The notes under the pieces were generated by a model, which worked only from the letters and a program-made list of their open reading frames with translations, was not told where the DNA came from and did no database searches. Both the position numbers and the translations under genes were made by a program. From contig JAFQZL010000039.1 of NCBI GenBank assembly GCA_017405945.1, positions 19,335-83,334 of the forward strand: a DNA stretch of 64,000 nucleotides, read 5' to 3'. This document shows, in pieces, positions 57,215 through 64,000 of this stretch (positions are counted from its first letter, which is position 1; each line of letters begins with the position of its first letter). The stretch comes from Acidaminococcaceae bacterium (GTDB lineage: Bacteria; Bacillota; Negativicutes; Acidaminococcales; Acidaminococcaceae).

Positions 57215-58186
57215 TTCCGGGTTATTCGTCAGCCCCAGTCTCTTTAACATCTGCATATCGCTGGAAATCGTCGCAGCGCCGGCAGTAGTCAGCATGTTGC
57301 CGGTAATGGAAGCGGAAGCCCCCCGGCCGATAACCGTCTCCCCGGACTTCGGCAGAATGCCGCGACCCGCTCCCAGGCGGATGTTCGCCGTTGGATTGAT
57401 GAAGCGGAAAATCGCAACCGTGCGGGCTACATCTTCCGCGGAAATCTGCGGCGTATCCTGCAACGGTGTCCCTTTAATCGGCATCAGCGCGTTCAGCGGG
57501 ATGGACTGAATATCAAGTTCGGCTAACGTCAGCGCCATATCGATGCGGTCGTCCCAGGTTTCCCCCATGCCGATGATACCGCCGGAGCATACACACAAGC
57601 CTTCATTTTGGGCGATCTTTATCGTGCGGATTTTATCTTCGAAGGTGTGGGTAGTACAGATATTCGGGAAATTGCGGCGCGATGTTTCAATATTGTGATG
57701 GTAGCTGGTAACGCCCGCTTCCTTCAGGCGGCGGAACTGTTCCGCGTCAATAAACCCCATGGAAGCGCAAAGCTGAATCTTCAGCTTTGCGTTCATTTCT
57801 TTATAGGCTTCAATGGCTTTGTCAAAATCCTTTCCCTTTAACGCCCGGCCCGCCGTGACGATGGCAAAGCGGTTCACCCCTGCGTCCTGGTTCGCTTTCG
57901 CAGCCGCAAAGATTTTCTCTTTCGGCAGAAATCCGTATTCATCGATGCCGGTATGGTTACAGGCAGCCTGGGCGCAATACTTGCAGTCTTCGCTGCAGCG
58001 TCCGCTTCTCCCGTTGATGATGGAGCAAAAATCGACAAGATTTCCGCAGAAATGCTTCTGCAGTTTGCCGGCGCAATCCAGCATTTCTTCCAGATCCGCC
58101 GTTAACAGTAATTCTTTGTCCAGATTTTCACGGGTAATACGGTAGCCTTCTTTTACTATTTTTTCAGTAAGCTCTGAAATCGTCAT
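57155..58186 (-). CDS. bioB: Biotin synthase
   Basis: CSEDCKYCAQ radical-SAM motif, YHHNIETS, CSGGIIGMGE, SIPLN; BirA site upstream. Confidence 0.96.
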   Translation of the reverse strand: MTISELTEKIVKEGYRITRENLDKELLLTADLEEMLDCAGKLQKHFCGNLVDFCSIINGRSGRCSEDCKYCAQAACNHTGIDEYGFLPKEKIFAAAKANQDAGVNRFAIVTAGRALKGKDFDKAIEAYKEMNAKLKIQLCASMGFIDAEQFRRLKEAGVTSYHHNIETSRRNFPNICTTHTFEDKIRTIKIAQNEGLCVCSGGIIGMGETWDDRIDMALTLAELDIQSIPLNALMPIKGTPLQDTPQISAEDVARTVAIFRFINPTANIRLGAGRGILPKSGETVIGRGASASITGNMLTTAGAATISSDMQMLKRLGLTNNPELKDHMRKSGSDDKADHSPF

Positions 58187-58212
58187 ACAGGATGCCTCTT
58201 TTCTCTGATTTT

Positions 58213-58257
58213 AGTTAACTCATTTTATTGTTAACGTTAACACAATTATAGTTAACT
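58213..58257. promoter_or_regulatory. BirA operator(s) upstream of bioB
   Basis: AGTTAAC-N16-GTTAACA at 58213-58242 fits the Firmicute bioO architecture; overlapping TGTTAAC-N15-GTTAACT at 58229-58257. Confidence 0.85.
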
Positions 58258-58313
58258 TTGTGGAATTAGTCAACCAAAAATATAAAGAGTTAAGAACAAG
58301 CAACGTATATAGA

Positions 58314-58342
58314 AAAAGCGCCTCTTCTACAGAAAAGGCGCG
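58314..58342. terminator. Intrinsic terminator
   Basis: AAAAAGCGCCTCTTCT-ac-AGAAAAGGCGC. Confidence 0.7.
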
Positions 58343-58385
58343 CATTGATGAATTATAAAACAGTCACTCCCACCCTGGGCTTTCT

Positions 58386-58463
58386 TTATTTCATAAGCCA
58401 CAGGAAACCCCAAAACATAAATGAATTATCATATTCAAAACCGTATCTTTTACTGAAGCTCAT
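58386..58463 (-). CDS. Candidate 25-aa microprotein MSFSKRYGFEYDNSFMFWGFLWLMK
   Basis: GGGAGG RBS 7 nt before ATG; the only RBS-led ORF between a consensus promoter and a terminator. Confidence 0.5.
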   Translation of the reverse strand: MSFSKRYGFEYDNSFMFWGFLWLMK

Positions 58464-58534
58464 CTTTATACCTCCCTTCCTCTCACACACAATACTGCCG
58501 ACAAATCAGTGGTTCCAATATTTTGATATCGTAT

Positions 58535-58598
58535 ATACCTATACGGGTATTTGTATTGTCTTTATTGGTATTATACCCATAGGGGTATATGTTGTCAA
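58535..58598 (-). promoter_or_regulatory. Perfect sigma-A promoter with two CsoR-type operators
   Basis: TTGACA(58598-58593)-N17-TATAAT(58575-58570); ATACCCATAGGGGTAT 58573-58588 and ATACCTATACGGGTAT 58535-58550. Confidence 0.82.
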
Positions 58599-58712
58599 GA
58601 GGTGAAAATGGATTTTACAATTATTTCAAATACAAATATAAAACAGCGGAAAAACCCCTGTTGCGGGGCTCCGCTGTTGTACTAATCTGGTTCTTTTTTG
58701 GTGGGTAATTCC

Positions 58713-58988
58713 TTATTTCATATTGGCAAACCGTTCCACGGCTTTTGTAAAGCGGGCAATGGTTTTGTCCGCATCCCCTTTTTCAATGCCTTCCCGGACA
58801 CAGTGCTGGATGTGGCCTTCCAGAACGACCTGCCCCGCCTTATGCAGCGCGGACTTGGCCGCATTAATCTGTGCCAGGATATCTTCACAGGGAATGTCTT
58901 CATCAACCATCCGGTCAATGGCCTGAATCTGGCCGATAATTTTCTTAAACCGGCGGTGCAGATTTTCCGAATCCATACATTGAATCAT
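58713..58988 (-). CDS. CsoR/RcnR family metal- or persulfide-sensing repressor
   Basis: HRRFKKIIGQ, PCEDILAQ, EGHIQHC (C-H-C fingerprint). Confidence 0.92.
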   Translation of the reverse strand: MIQCMDSENLHRRFKKIIGQIQAIDRMVDEDIPCEDILAQINAAKSALHKAGQVVLEGHIQHCVREGIEKGDADKTIARFTKAVERFANMK

Positions 58989-59140
58989 ATAATAAACCTC
59001 CTGTTGCAGGGCATACCCCCATACCTATTATTTTAAATTATAAGGTAATTCTACTGATTGTCAAGACGGGTTCCTGCCTGTCACAGTTAAGCAACCGCAT
59101 TTAAGGAAACACGGATTAATCAGCGTATCCTTAGCAAAAA

Positions 59141-60136
59141 TCAAAACAGTCTTTGAATCTCTTTTATGTTATTTGTTTGCGTCAACGCAAGCTGCAACAA
59201 AATTTTTGCTTTTTGCGGATTCAACAGGCCGCTGGCGATAAAGCCATTCGTTACCGTCATGATTTCAGACAAAACCACGATACCGCCGCCGCAACGGGTG
59301 GCAATCACTACAGGCACGCCGGATGCAGCCGTTTCCTTTAACAGGTCTGTCAGTTTTTCCGGCACGCTGCCGTTACCGCAGGCTGCATACACAAGTCCCC
59401 TGGCTCCGTCCTGCAGGGCAGCTTTCACAAACAGTCCGTCGTCGCCGCCTACATACCCGTAGATGATTCTCACTTTAGGAAGCTGCGTGAGATTCTTTAT
59501 GGTAAATTTTAATTTGTTCGCAGTTAATACGCCTGCAATACCCTGAGACTGCCAGAAAATCTTTCCGTCCACGATAACGCCCATCGGTCCCCTTCCCGGA
59601 GACTGGAACGCTTCCAGGGCATTGACGTTGACTTTTGTAACGGTTTCCGTCCCGTTGATCTGCCCGTTCATCACCACCAGCACGCCACGCCCTGTTGCGC
59701 TCGGATCTGCCGCCACCTGCACAGACTGCCAGATGTTCATCGGACCGTCCGCGCTGATGGCCGTAGCCGGACGCATTGCGCCGGTCAACACGATGGGTTT
59801 GTCCGTCTTCACCGTCAGCTGCAGGAAATAGGCCGTTTCTTCCAGGGTATCCGTACCGTGGGTGATGACGATGCCATCCACATCCTTCCGTTCCGCCGCG
59901 GCCTCCACACGCTCCGCCAGCTGCAGCCAGATTGTTTCCTGCATATCTTTACTGTCGATATTGCAAAGCTGCTCGCCGGAAAGATTCGCCAGCTTATCCA
60001 ATCCCGGCACGGAAGCAATCAGTTGCCCGACTGTCAGTTCCCCTGCTTTGTAGCTTACGGTGGCGGCCGTCGAATCCGCCCGCCCGGCGATGGTACCGCC
60101 GGTTGCGATGATATGCACATTTGCTTTTTGTTCCAT
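59141..60136 (-). CDS. L-asparaginase (no signal peptide)
   Basis: ATGGTIAG, HGTDTLEE, TGAMRP, LNPQKAKILL. Confidence 0.95.
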   Translation of the reverse strand: MEQKANVHIIATGGTIAGRADSTAATVSYKAGELTVGQLIASVPGLDKLANLSGEQLCNIDSKDMQETIWLQLAERVEAAAERKDVDGIVITHGTDTLEETAYFLQLTVKTDKPIVLTGAMRPATAISADGPMNIWQSVQVAADPSATGRGVLVVMNGQINGTETVTKVNVNALEAFQSPGRGPMGVIVDGKIFWQSQGIAGVLTANKLKFTIKNLTQLPKVRIIYGYVGGDDGLFVKAALQDGARGLVYAACGNGSVPEKLTDLLKETAASGVPVVIATRCGGGIVVLSEIMTVTNGFIASGLLNPQKAKILLQLALTQTNNIKEIQRLF

Positions 60137-60242
60137 AGTGTTTCAACCTCTTCCAAAATCAACTGTAAAGTTCCCAATGGTTTTACGTCTGTTTTATTAT
60201 ACCATATGCCAATCTGATTTAAAAACACTCTTACTATTCTCC

Positions 60243-60413
60243 TTCCGGTCACTTCAGTGACCGGATTTTTTTCGCAACTCCAGTCATGACGCGGCTTTTG
60301 AGCCTGCTTTCTGTTAATATATATAGACAATCTTATTATGTCTTGTTTTCAGGTAACATTTCATACCTGCATTCCATCGCTCTGTTCGGGAAAGCTGCCA
60401 CTGAGCCGACGCG
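60243..60413. repeat. Dispersed bipartite intergenic repeat, copy 2
   Basis: See copy 1; same orientation, about 37.3 kb away. Confidence 0.92.
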
Positions 60414-60426
60414 CAAAAATCCGAAA

Positions 60427-60463
60427 AAACCGGTATCAGCCTGCTTCTGACTGATACCGGTTT
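60427..60463. terminator. Terminator of the suf-peptidase operon
   Basis: AAACCGGTATCAG...CTGATACCGGTTT. Confidence 0.8.
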
Positions 60464-60477
60464 GTATGATTACTTTT

Positions 60478-61098
60478 TTAAATGAAATACTCGATAGCTT
60501 TTTCTTCCGTCAGCTTCGTGCGCGTATCAAACAGCAGAACCGCTTCCCGTTCTTCTTCACTGCCCAACGCATAGGTTGCCTGCGCTTCCCGGTTAAAATA
60601 CGAAAAGGGCACAATACGGTTGTAATGGAACGGGTGGTCCGGCGTGTTTTCAATGTCCGTTTCGGCCAGCCCGTCAGGCAGGTAGTAAGGGTCGAACAGG
60701 TAAATGCGTCCCGCCTTTTCCCCGGTGAGCAGCACATAGTGCTCCCCGTCCAGATACAGCCGTACAACCGCCACGCCGTTCCGGTGCAGCGCGTCCACAA
60801 GGGAACTGTGAGCATCCATGCGCACATCTTTGCCGGAAAGGTAACGGCTTTCTACCGGCAGAATACCCGTCTTGCCCACGCCATCCAGCCAGTTGCTGAG
60901 AAACATCATGGCCATGCGGGAGGTACCGCGCTTCCCCGGCGCGCCGCCGCTGCCGTAGCAATCAAGCGAGTACAGCATGATGTTGCGGATCAGTTCCGGC
61001 GAGATTTCCTCCCGCTGGAACAGATAATTCAGTGCGTTCAGCAGGGACGTTGGCCCGCAGTCGTATTCCGAAACCTGGTAACGCAATGGGATTTTCAT
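60478..61098 (-). CDS. Stand-alone peptidase C39-like (papain-fold) protein
   Basis: YQVSEYDCGPTS (Q..C), GEHYV, FDPY. Confidence 0.82.
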   Translation of the reverse strand: MKIPLRYQVSEYDCGPTSLLNALNYLFQREEISPELIRNIMLYSLDCYGSGGAPGKRGTSRMAMMFLSNWLDGVGKTGILPVESRYLSGKDVRMDAHSSLVDALHRNGVAVVRLYLDGEHYVLLTGEKAGRIYLFDPYYLPDGLAETDIENTPDHPFHYNRIVPFSYFNREAQATYALGSEEEREAVLLFDTRTKLTEEKAIEYFI

Positions 61099-61100
61099 AT

Positions 61101-61541
61101 TTATTCCCTCCCGGGTTTATCCAGCGCTTTTTCCAATGTACGCCAGGAAAGCAACGCGCACTTTACCCGCGCCGGCATATGGGAAATGCTTTGCAGCGCC
61201 GCTGCGTCCTCCAGTTCTTCCAATTCGCCGGTATCCGCAACCTCACCCTTGATCATACGCTGGAACAGCGCGATCAGGCTTTCCGCTTTTTCCACAGACT
61301 GCCCTTTGATCAGATTGATCATCAGGGACGCAGATGCCTGGGAAATGGCGCAGCCGTTCCCGGTGAAGGACGCATCTGCGATCCGGCCGTCCTGCACTTC
61401 CAGTTCCAGTGTGATCTCATCGCCGCAGCTGGGGTTATGCCCCTTTTCACAGCAGGTGGGGTGCGGCAAATGACGCCGGTTTTCCGGGTTGCGGCTTTCC
61501 TCAGCAATCAGTTCCGTGTAAATCTCCGATAAGCCGTTCAC
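61101..61541 (-). CDS. sufU: SUF system SufU (NifU-like)
   Basis: HNPSCGD, GNGCAISQAS, PARVKCA. Confidence 0.95.
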   Translation of the reverse strand: MNGLSEIYTELIAEESRNPENRRHLPHPTCCEKGHNPSCGDEITLELEVQDGRIADASFTGNGCAISQASASLMINLIKGQSVEKAESLIALFQRMIKGEVADTGELEELEDAAALQSISHMPARVKCALLSWRTLEKALDKPGRE

Positions 61542-62764
61542 AGTCGCATCACCTTCCTCACCTGTTGTAACGCTTCGATCCAGCGGTCGATATCCTCCCG
61601 GGTATTATACAGGTAAAAGCTGGCCCGGCAGGTTGCGTTCTGCCCCAGGTAACGCATCAACGGCTGGGCGCAGTGATGCCCCGCCCGGATCGCCACACCC
61701 TGCGCATCCAGAATCGTTGCCACGTCGTGGGGATGCACATCCTTAACATTAAAGGTGATGATCCCCGTTTTATTGTTTCGCCGCGTATCGCAGCCGTACA
61801 GTTCAATGAACGGCAATTCCCGTAAACGGAGCAAAGCGTAATCCAGCAGTTCCTTTTCAATCTGTTCGATCCTGGCAAAGGTAAACTGTTCCAGATAATC
61901 AATGGCAGCCGTCAGTCCGGCCGCCCCGCCCACGTTTTGGGTTCCCGCTTCAAACTTGGCAGGCAGTTCCGCAAACGTGGTGTCCTGTTCCTCCACGTAT
62001 TCGATCATGTCCCCGCCCATAAGGAAGGGCGGCATCTTTTCCAGCAGTTCTTTTCTTCCGTACAGCACGCCGATGCCCATGGGGCTCAGCAGTTTGTGCC
62101 CGCTGAACGCGAAAAAGTCCGCGCCCAGCTGCTGCACGTCTACCTGCATGTGCGCGGTGCTCTGGGCGCCATCCACCACACAGACCGCGCCCACGCCGTG
62201 CGCTTTGTCCGCAACACGCCGCACGTCGTTCACCAGACCCAGCACGTTTGATACATGGGTTACTGCGACAATTTTGGTTTTCTCCGTTATTTTGGTCTCT
62301 ATATCGTCTTCGGAAAGGTTTCCGTCCTCTTCCAGATAGATATATTTCAGTGTTGCGCCTCTTTGTTTTGCCACCCGCTGCCAGGGCACAAGATTACTGT
62401 GATGCTCCGCGACGGAAATCACGATCTCATCCCCGGGCTGCACAAAGTTCAGGCCATAACTGTAAGCAACAAGGTTCAAAGCCTCAGTGGCATTTTTGGT
62501 GAAAATGATTTCTTCCGGTCTGGCTGCATGAATGAAACGCTGTACCTGCGCCCGGGCCTGTTCGTAAATTTCCGTAGCTTTCACACTGAGTTCGTAGGCG
62601 CCCCGGTGGGGGTTGGCATTGCAGCCTCCGTAATACCCGCAAAGCGCCCGCACCACATGCTCCGGTTTCTGGGTCGTGGCACCGTTGTCCAGGTACACCA
62701 GCGGCTGCCCGTTCATTTTTCGGTTCAATATCGGAAAATCTTTCCGGAATTCAACGCTGTCCAT
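61538..62764 (-). CDS. sufS: Cysteine desulfurase SufS
   Basis: YLDNGATTQKP, EHHSNLVPW, FSGHK, RAGHHCA. Confidence 0.96.
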   Translation of the reverse strand: MDSVEFRKDFPILNRKMNGQPLVYLDNGATTQKPEHVVRALCGYYGGCNANPHRGAYELSVKATEIYEQARAQVQRFIHAARPEEIIFTKNATEALNLVAYSYGLNFVQPGDEIVISVAEHHSNLVPWQRVAKQRGATLKYIYLEEDGNLSEDDIETKITEKTKIVAVTHVSNVLGLVNDVRRVADKAHGVGAVCVVDGAQSTAHMQVDVQQLGADFFAFSGHKLLSPMGIGVLYGRKELLEKMPPFLMGGDMIEYVEEQDTTFAELPAKFEAGTQNVGGAAGLTAAIDYLEQFTFARIEQIEKELLDYALLRLRELPFIELYGCDTRRNNKTGIITFNVKDVHPHDVATILDAQGVAIRAGHHCAQPLMRYLGQNATCRASFYLYNTREDIDRWIEALQQVRKVMRL

Positions 62765-63599
62765 GTTCGATCCGCTCCTCAACCTCTCTGCTGATTTTCT
62801 CTCTCAGCTCCGCATCGGGAACCCGTTCCAGTACCGTGGCGAACAAAGCGCCCACCACCAGCTTCCGGGCTTCCTTCTCATCCAGGCCGCGGCTCATCAG
62901 GTAGAACAGCCTGGAGTTGTCCAGCCTGCCTGCGCTCACTGCGTGCTGCCCGTTCACATCCTCTTCGGCGGAAAGCATCAGCGGCACGCTGCGGTTACGA
63001 ATCCCTTCGTTTAGCAATACGACCTCTTCCTTTTCACGGCCGGTACTGTCCTTGCTGCCAGCTTTAAAATCCAGGGTACCGCGGAATATTTTCGCCGCGC
63101 TGTCCTGCAACGCGCCCCGCACCTGCATGTTGGCTTCCGTCTTCTTCCCTGTCTGGGTAATTACATAATTCAAGTCTATACTGCGTGTGCCGTCCCCGAA
63201 ATACAGGGCTGCCATATCGGCTTTGGAGCCATCGCCTGCCAGGTCGATCTTCACCTGTGCAAGCACACGGGATGCTCCGATCTCCGCTGTCGTGTAATAC
63301 ACCTGCGCGTCCTTTTCAGCCGTAACTTCTACATTGCAGGTTCCGGCCTTATCCGGGGGAAGCAACTGCAATTGTACCATCTGCAATGTACCGCCTTCCG
63401 CCACGTGGGCTGTGATTTCCGTCCGCTGTTCCGTACGGTTGGCAATCACCTGAGTAACATGTTGCCCTGCCGGAACGTCAATCTGGATTTTACGGACCGG
63501 CGTTGGCAACGTCTGTAATTCTTCCGGCAGATACACTTCGTTGACCCCAAGCCAGCGCCATGTGGGCACAGGAAGGGTACTGAATAGTTCTTTTTCCAT
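62751..63599 (-). CDS. sufD: Fe-S cluster assembly protein SufD (short form)
   Basis: IFRGTLDF, VPLMLSAEEDVNGQHAVSAG, LFYLMSRGL. Confidence 0.9.
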   Translation of the reverse strand: MEKELFSTLPVPTWRWLGVNEVYLPEELQTLPTPVRKIQIDVPAGQHVTQVIANRTEQRTEITAHVAEGGTLQMVQLQLLPPDKAGTCNVEVTAEKDAQVYYTTAEIGASRVLAQVKIDLAGDGSKADMAALYFGDGTRSIDLNYVITQTGKKTEANMQVRGALQDSAAKIFRGTLDFKAGSKDSTGREKEEVVLLNEGIRNRSVPLMLSAEEDVNGQHAVSAGRLDNSRLFYLMSRGLDEKEARKLVVGALFATVLERVPDAELREKISREVEERIEHGQR

Positions 63600-63609
63600 G
63601 TCTGCTACC

Positions 63610-64000
63610 TCATCCCATGCTGCCAACCAGTTCCATGTTGATCAGGTTGTTCATTTCCACGGCATACTCCAGCGGCAGCGCTTTGGCTACCGGTTCTACG
63701 AATCCGCGCACGATCATGGCCTGGGCTTCTTCTTCCGCAATACCCCGGCTGGTCAGGTAAAAAATCGCTTCATCGCTGATGCGCCCGATTTTCGCTTCAT
63801 GTCCGATTTCCACATCGTCGGTTTCAATATCCATCACGGGCAGCGTATCACTGCGGCTCTTTTCATCCAGCAACAGCGATTCGCAATTGACCAGGCACTT
63901 CGCCCCTTTGGCTCCGGGGGTCACCTTTACGGCGCTGCGGTAGGTAGCCGCGCCGCCGGATTTGGAAATTGTCCGGGTATTGATATTGGCGCTTGTATTG
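63610..64000 (-). CDS. sufB: Fe-S cluster assembly protein SufB (partial; 5' end outside the window)
   Basis: CESLLLD, HEAKIGRISDEAIFYLTSRG, ALPLEYAVE. Confidence 0.93.
   Translation of the reverse strand, partial: NTSANINTRTISKSGGAATYRSAVKVTPGAKGAKCLVNCESLLLDEKSRSDTLPVMDIETDDVEIGHEAKIGRISDEAIFYLTSRGIAEEEAQAMIVRGFVEPVAKALPLEYAVEMNNLINMELVGSMG

Noticed and set aside
60055-60330. 91-aa minus ORF MSIYINRKQAQKPRH...
   Set aside because: TTG start without a clear RBS; it runs through the repeat, overlaps the asparaginase start out of frame, and the equivalent frame in copy 1 stops after about 32 codons
22979-60413. The repeat pair as the template and variable repeats of a diversity-generating retroelement
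   Set aside because: Mismatches are not confined to adenines on either strand, neither copy lies in a gene 3' end, and no reverse transcriptase is present
58-63168. Many long plus-strand ORFs in the track (e.g. 712-1602, 9995-10885, 11668-12588, 16060-16860, 27315-28430, 35107-35952, 50330-51070, 60466-61473)
   Set aside because: They are antisense shadows of well-supported minus-strand genes, with no recognisable motifs or RBS
1-64000. rRNA, tRNA, IS transposases, integrases, phage genes
   Set aside because: None was recognisable on either strand by inspection; tRNAscan-SE and ISEScan would be needed to exclude degenerate copies

Overview
64 kb of chromosome from an anaerobic Firmicute; plausibly a Negativicute of the Acidaminococcaceae/Succiniclasticum type, though that is inferred from gene content only. 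About 65 CDS are supportable, all but 7 on the minus strand. No rRNA, tRNA, CRISPR array, transposase or integrase was seen. The window is a patchwork of redox, detoxification and transport genes: 3 MATE pumps, 4 LysR, 2 MerR, 2 TetR, HxlR and CsoR-family regulators, several flavodoxin/iron-sulfur-flavoprotein and EFR1-type ferredoxin genes, a TrxB-NrdH-Gpx module, Ogt, a CAT-like acetyltransferase, a class II UvrA, bioB and the 3' end of a suf operon. A tandem glycine riboswitch precedes an alanine/glycine symporter. The best candidates for undescribed biology are five. (1) A LysR-linked operon encodes a CoA-transferase, a split B12-dependent acyl-CoA mutase with many substituted active-site motifs, and an MmgE/PrpD enzyme between the mutase subunits, suggesting a non-canonical substrate. 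(2) A dedicated tatBAC operon is co-transcribed with a twin-arginine lipoprotein Fe-S flavoprotein and its signal-less paralog. (3) An orphan small RNA has a perfect sigma-A promoter and a CU-rich anti-SD tract. (4) A promoter with CsoR-type operators drives only a 25-aa ORF. (5) Two families of dispersed intergenic repeats are unexplained. All assignments come from visual motif recognition; no database searches were run.
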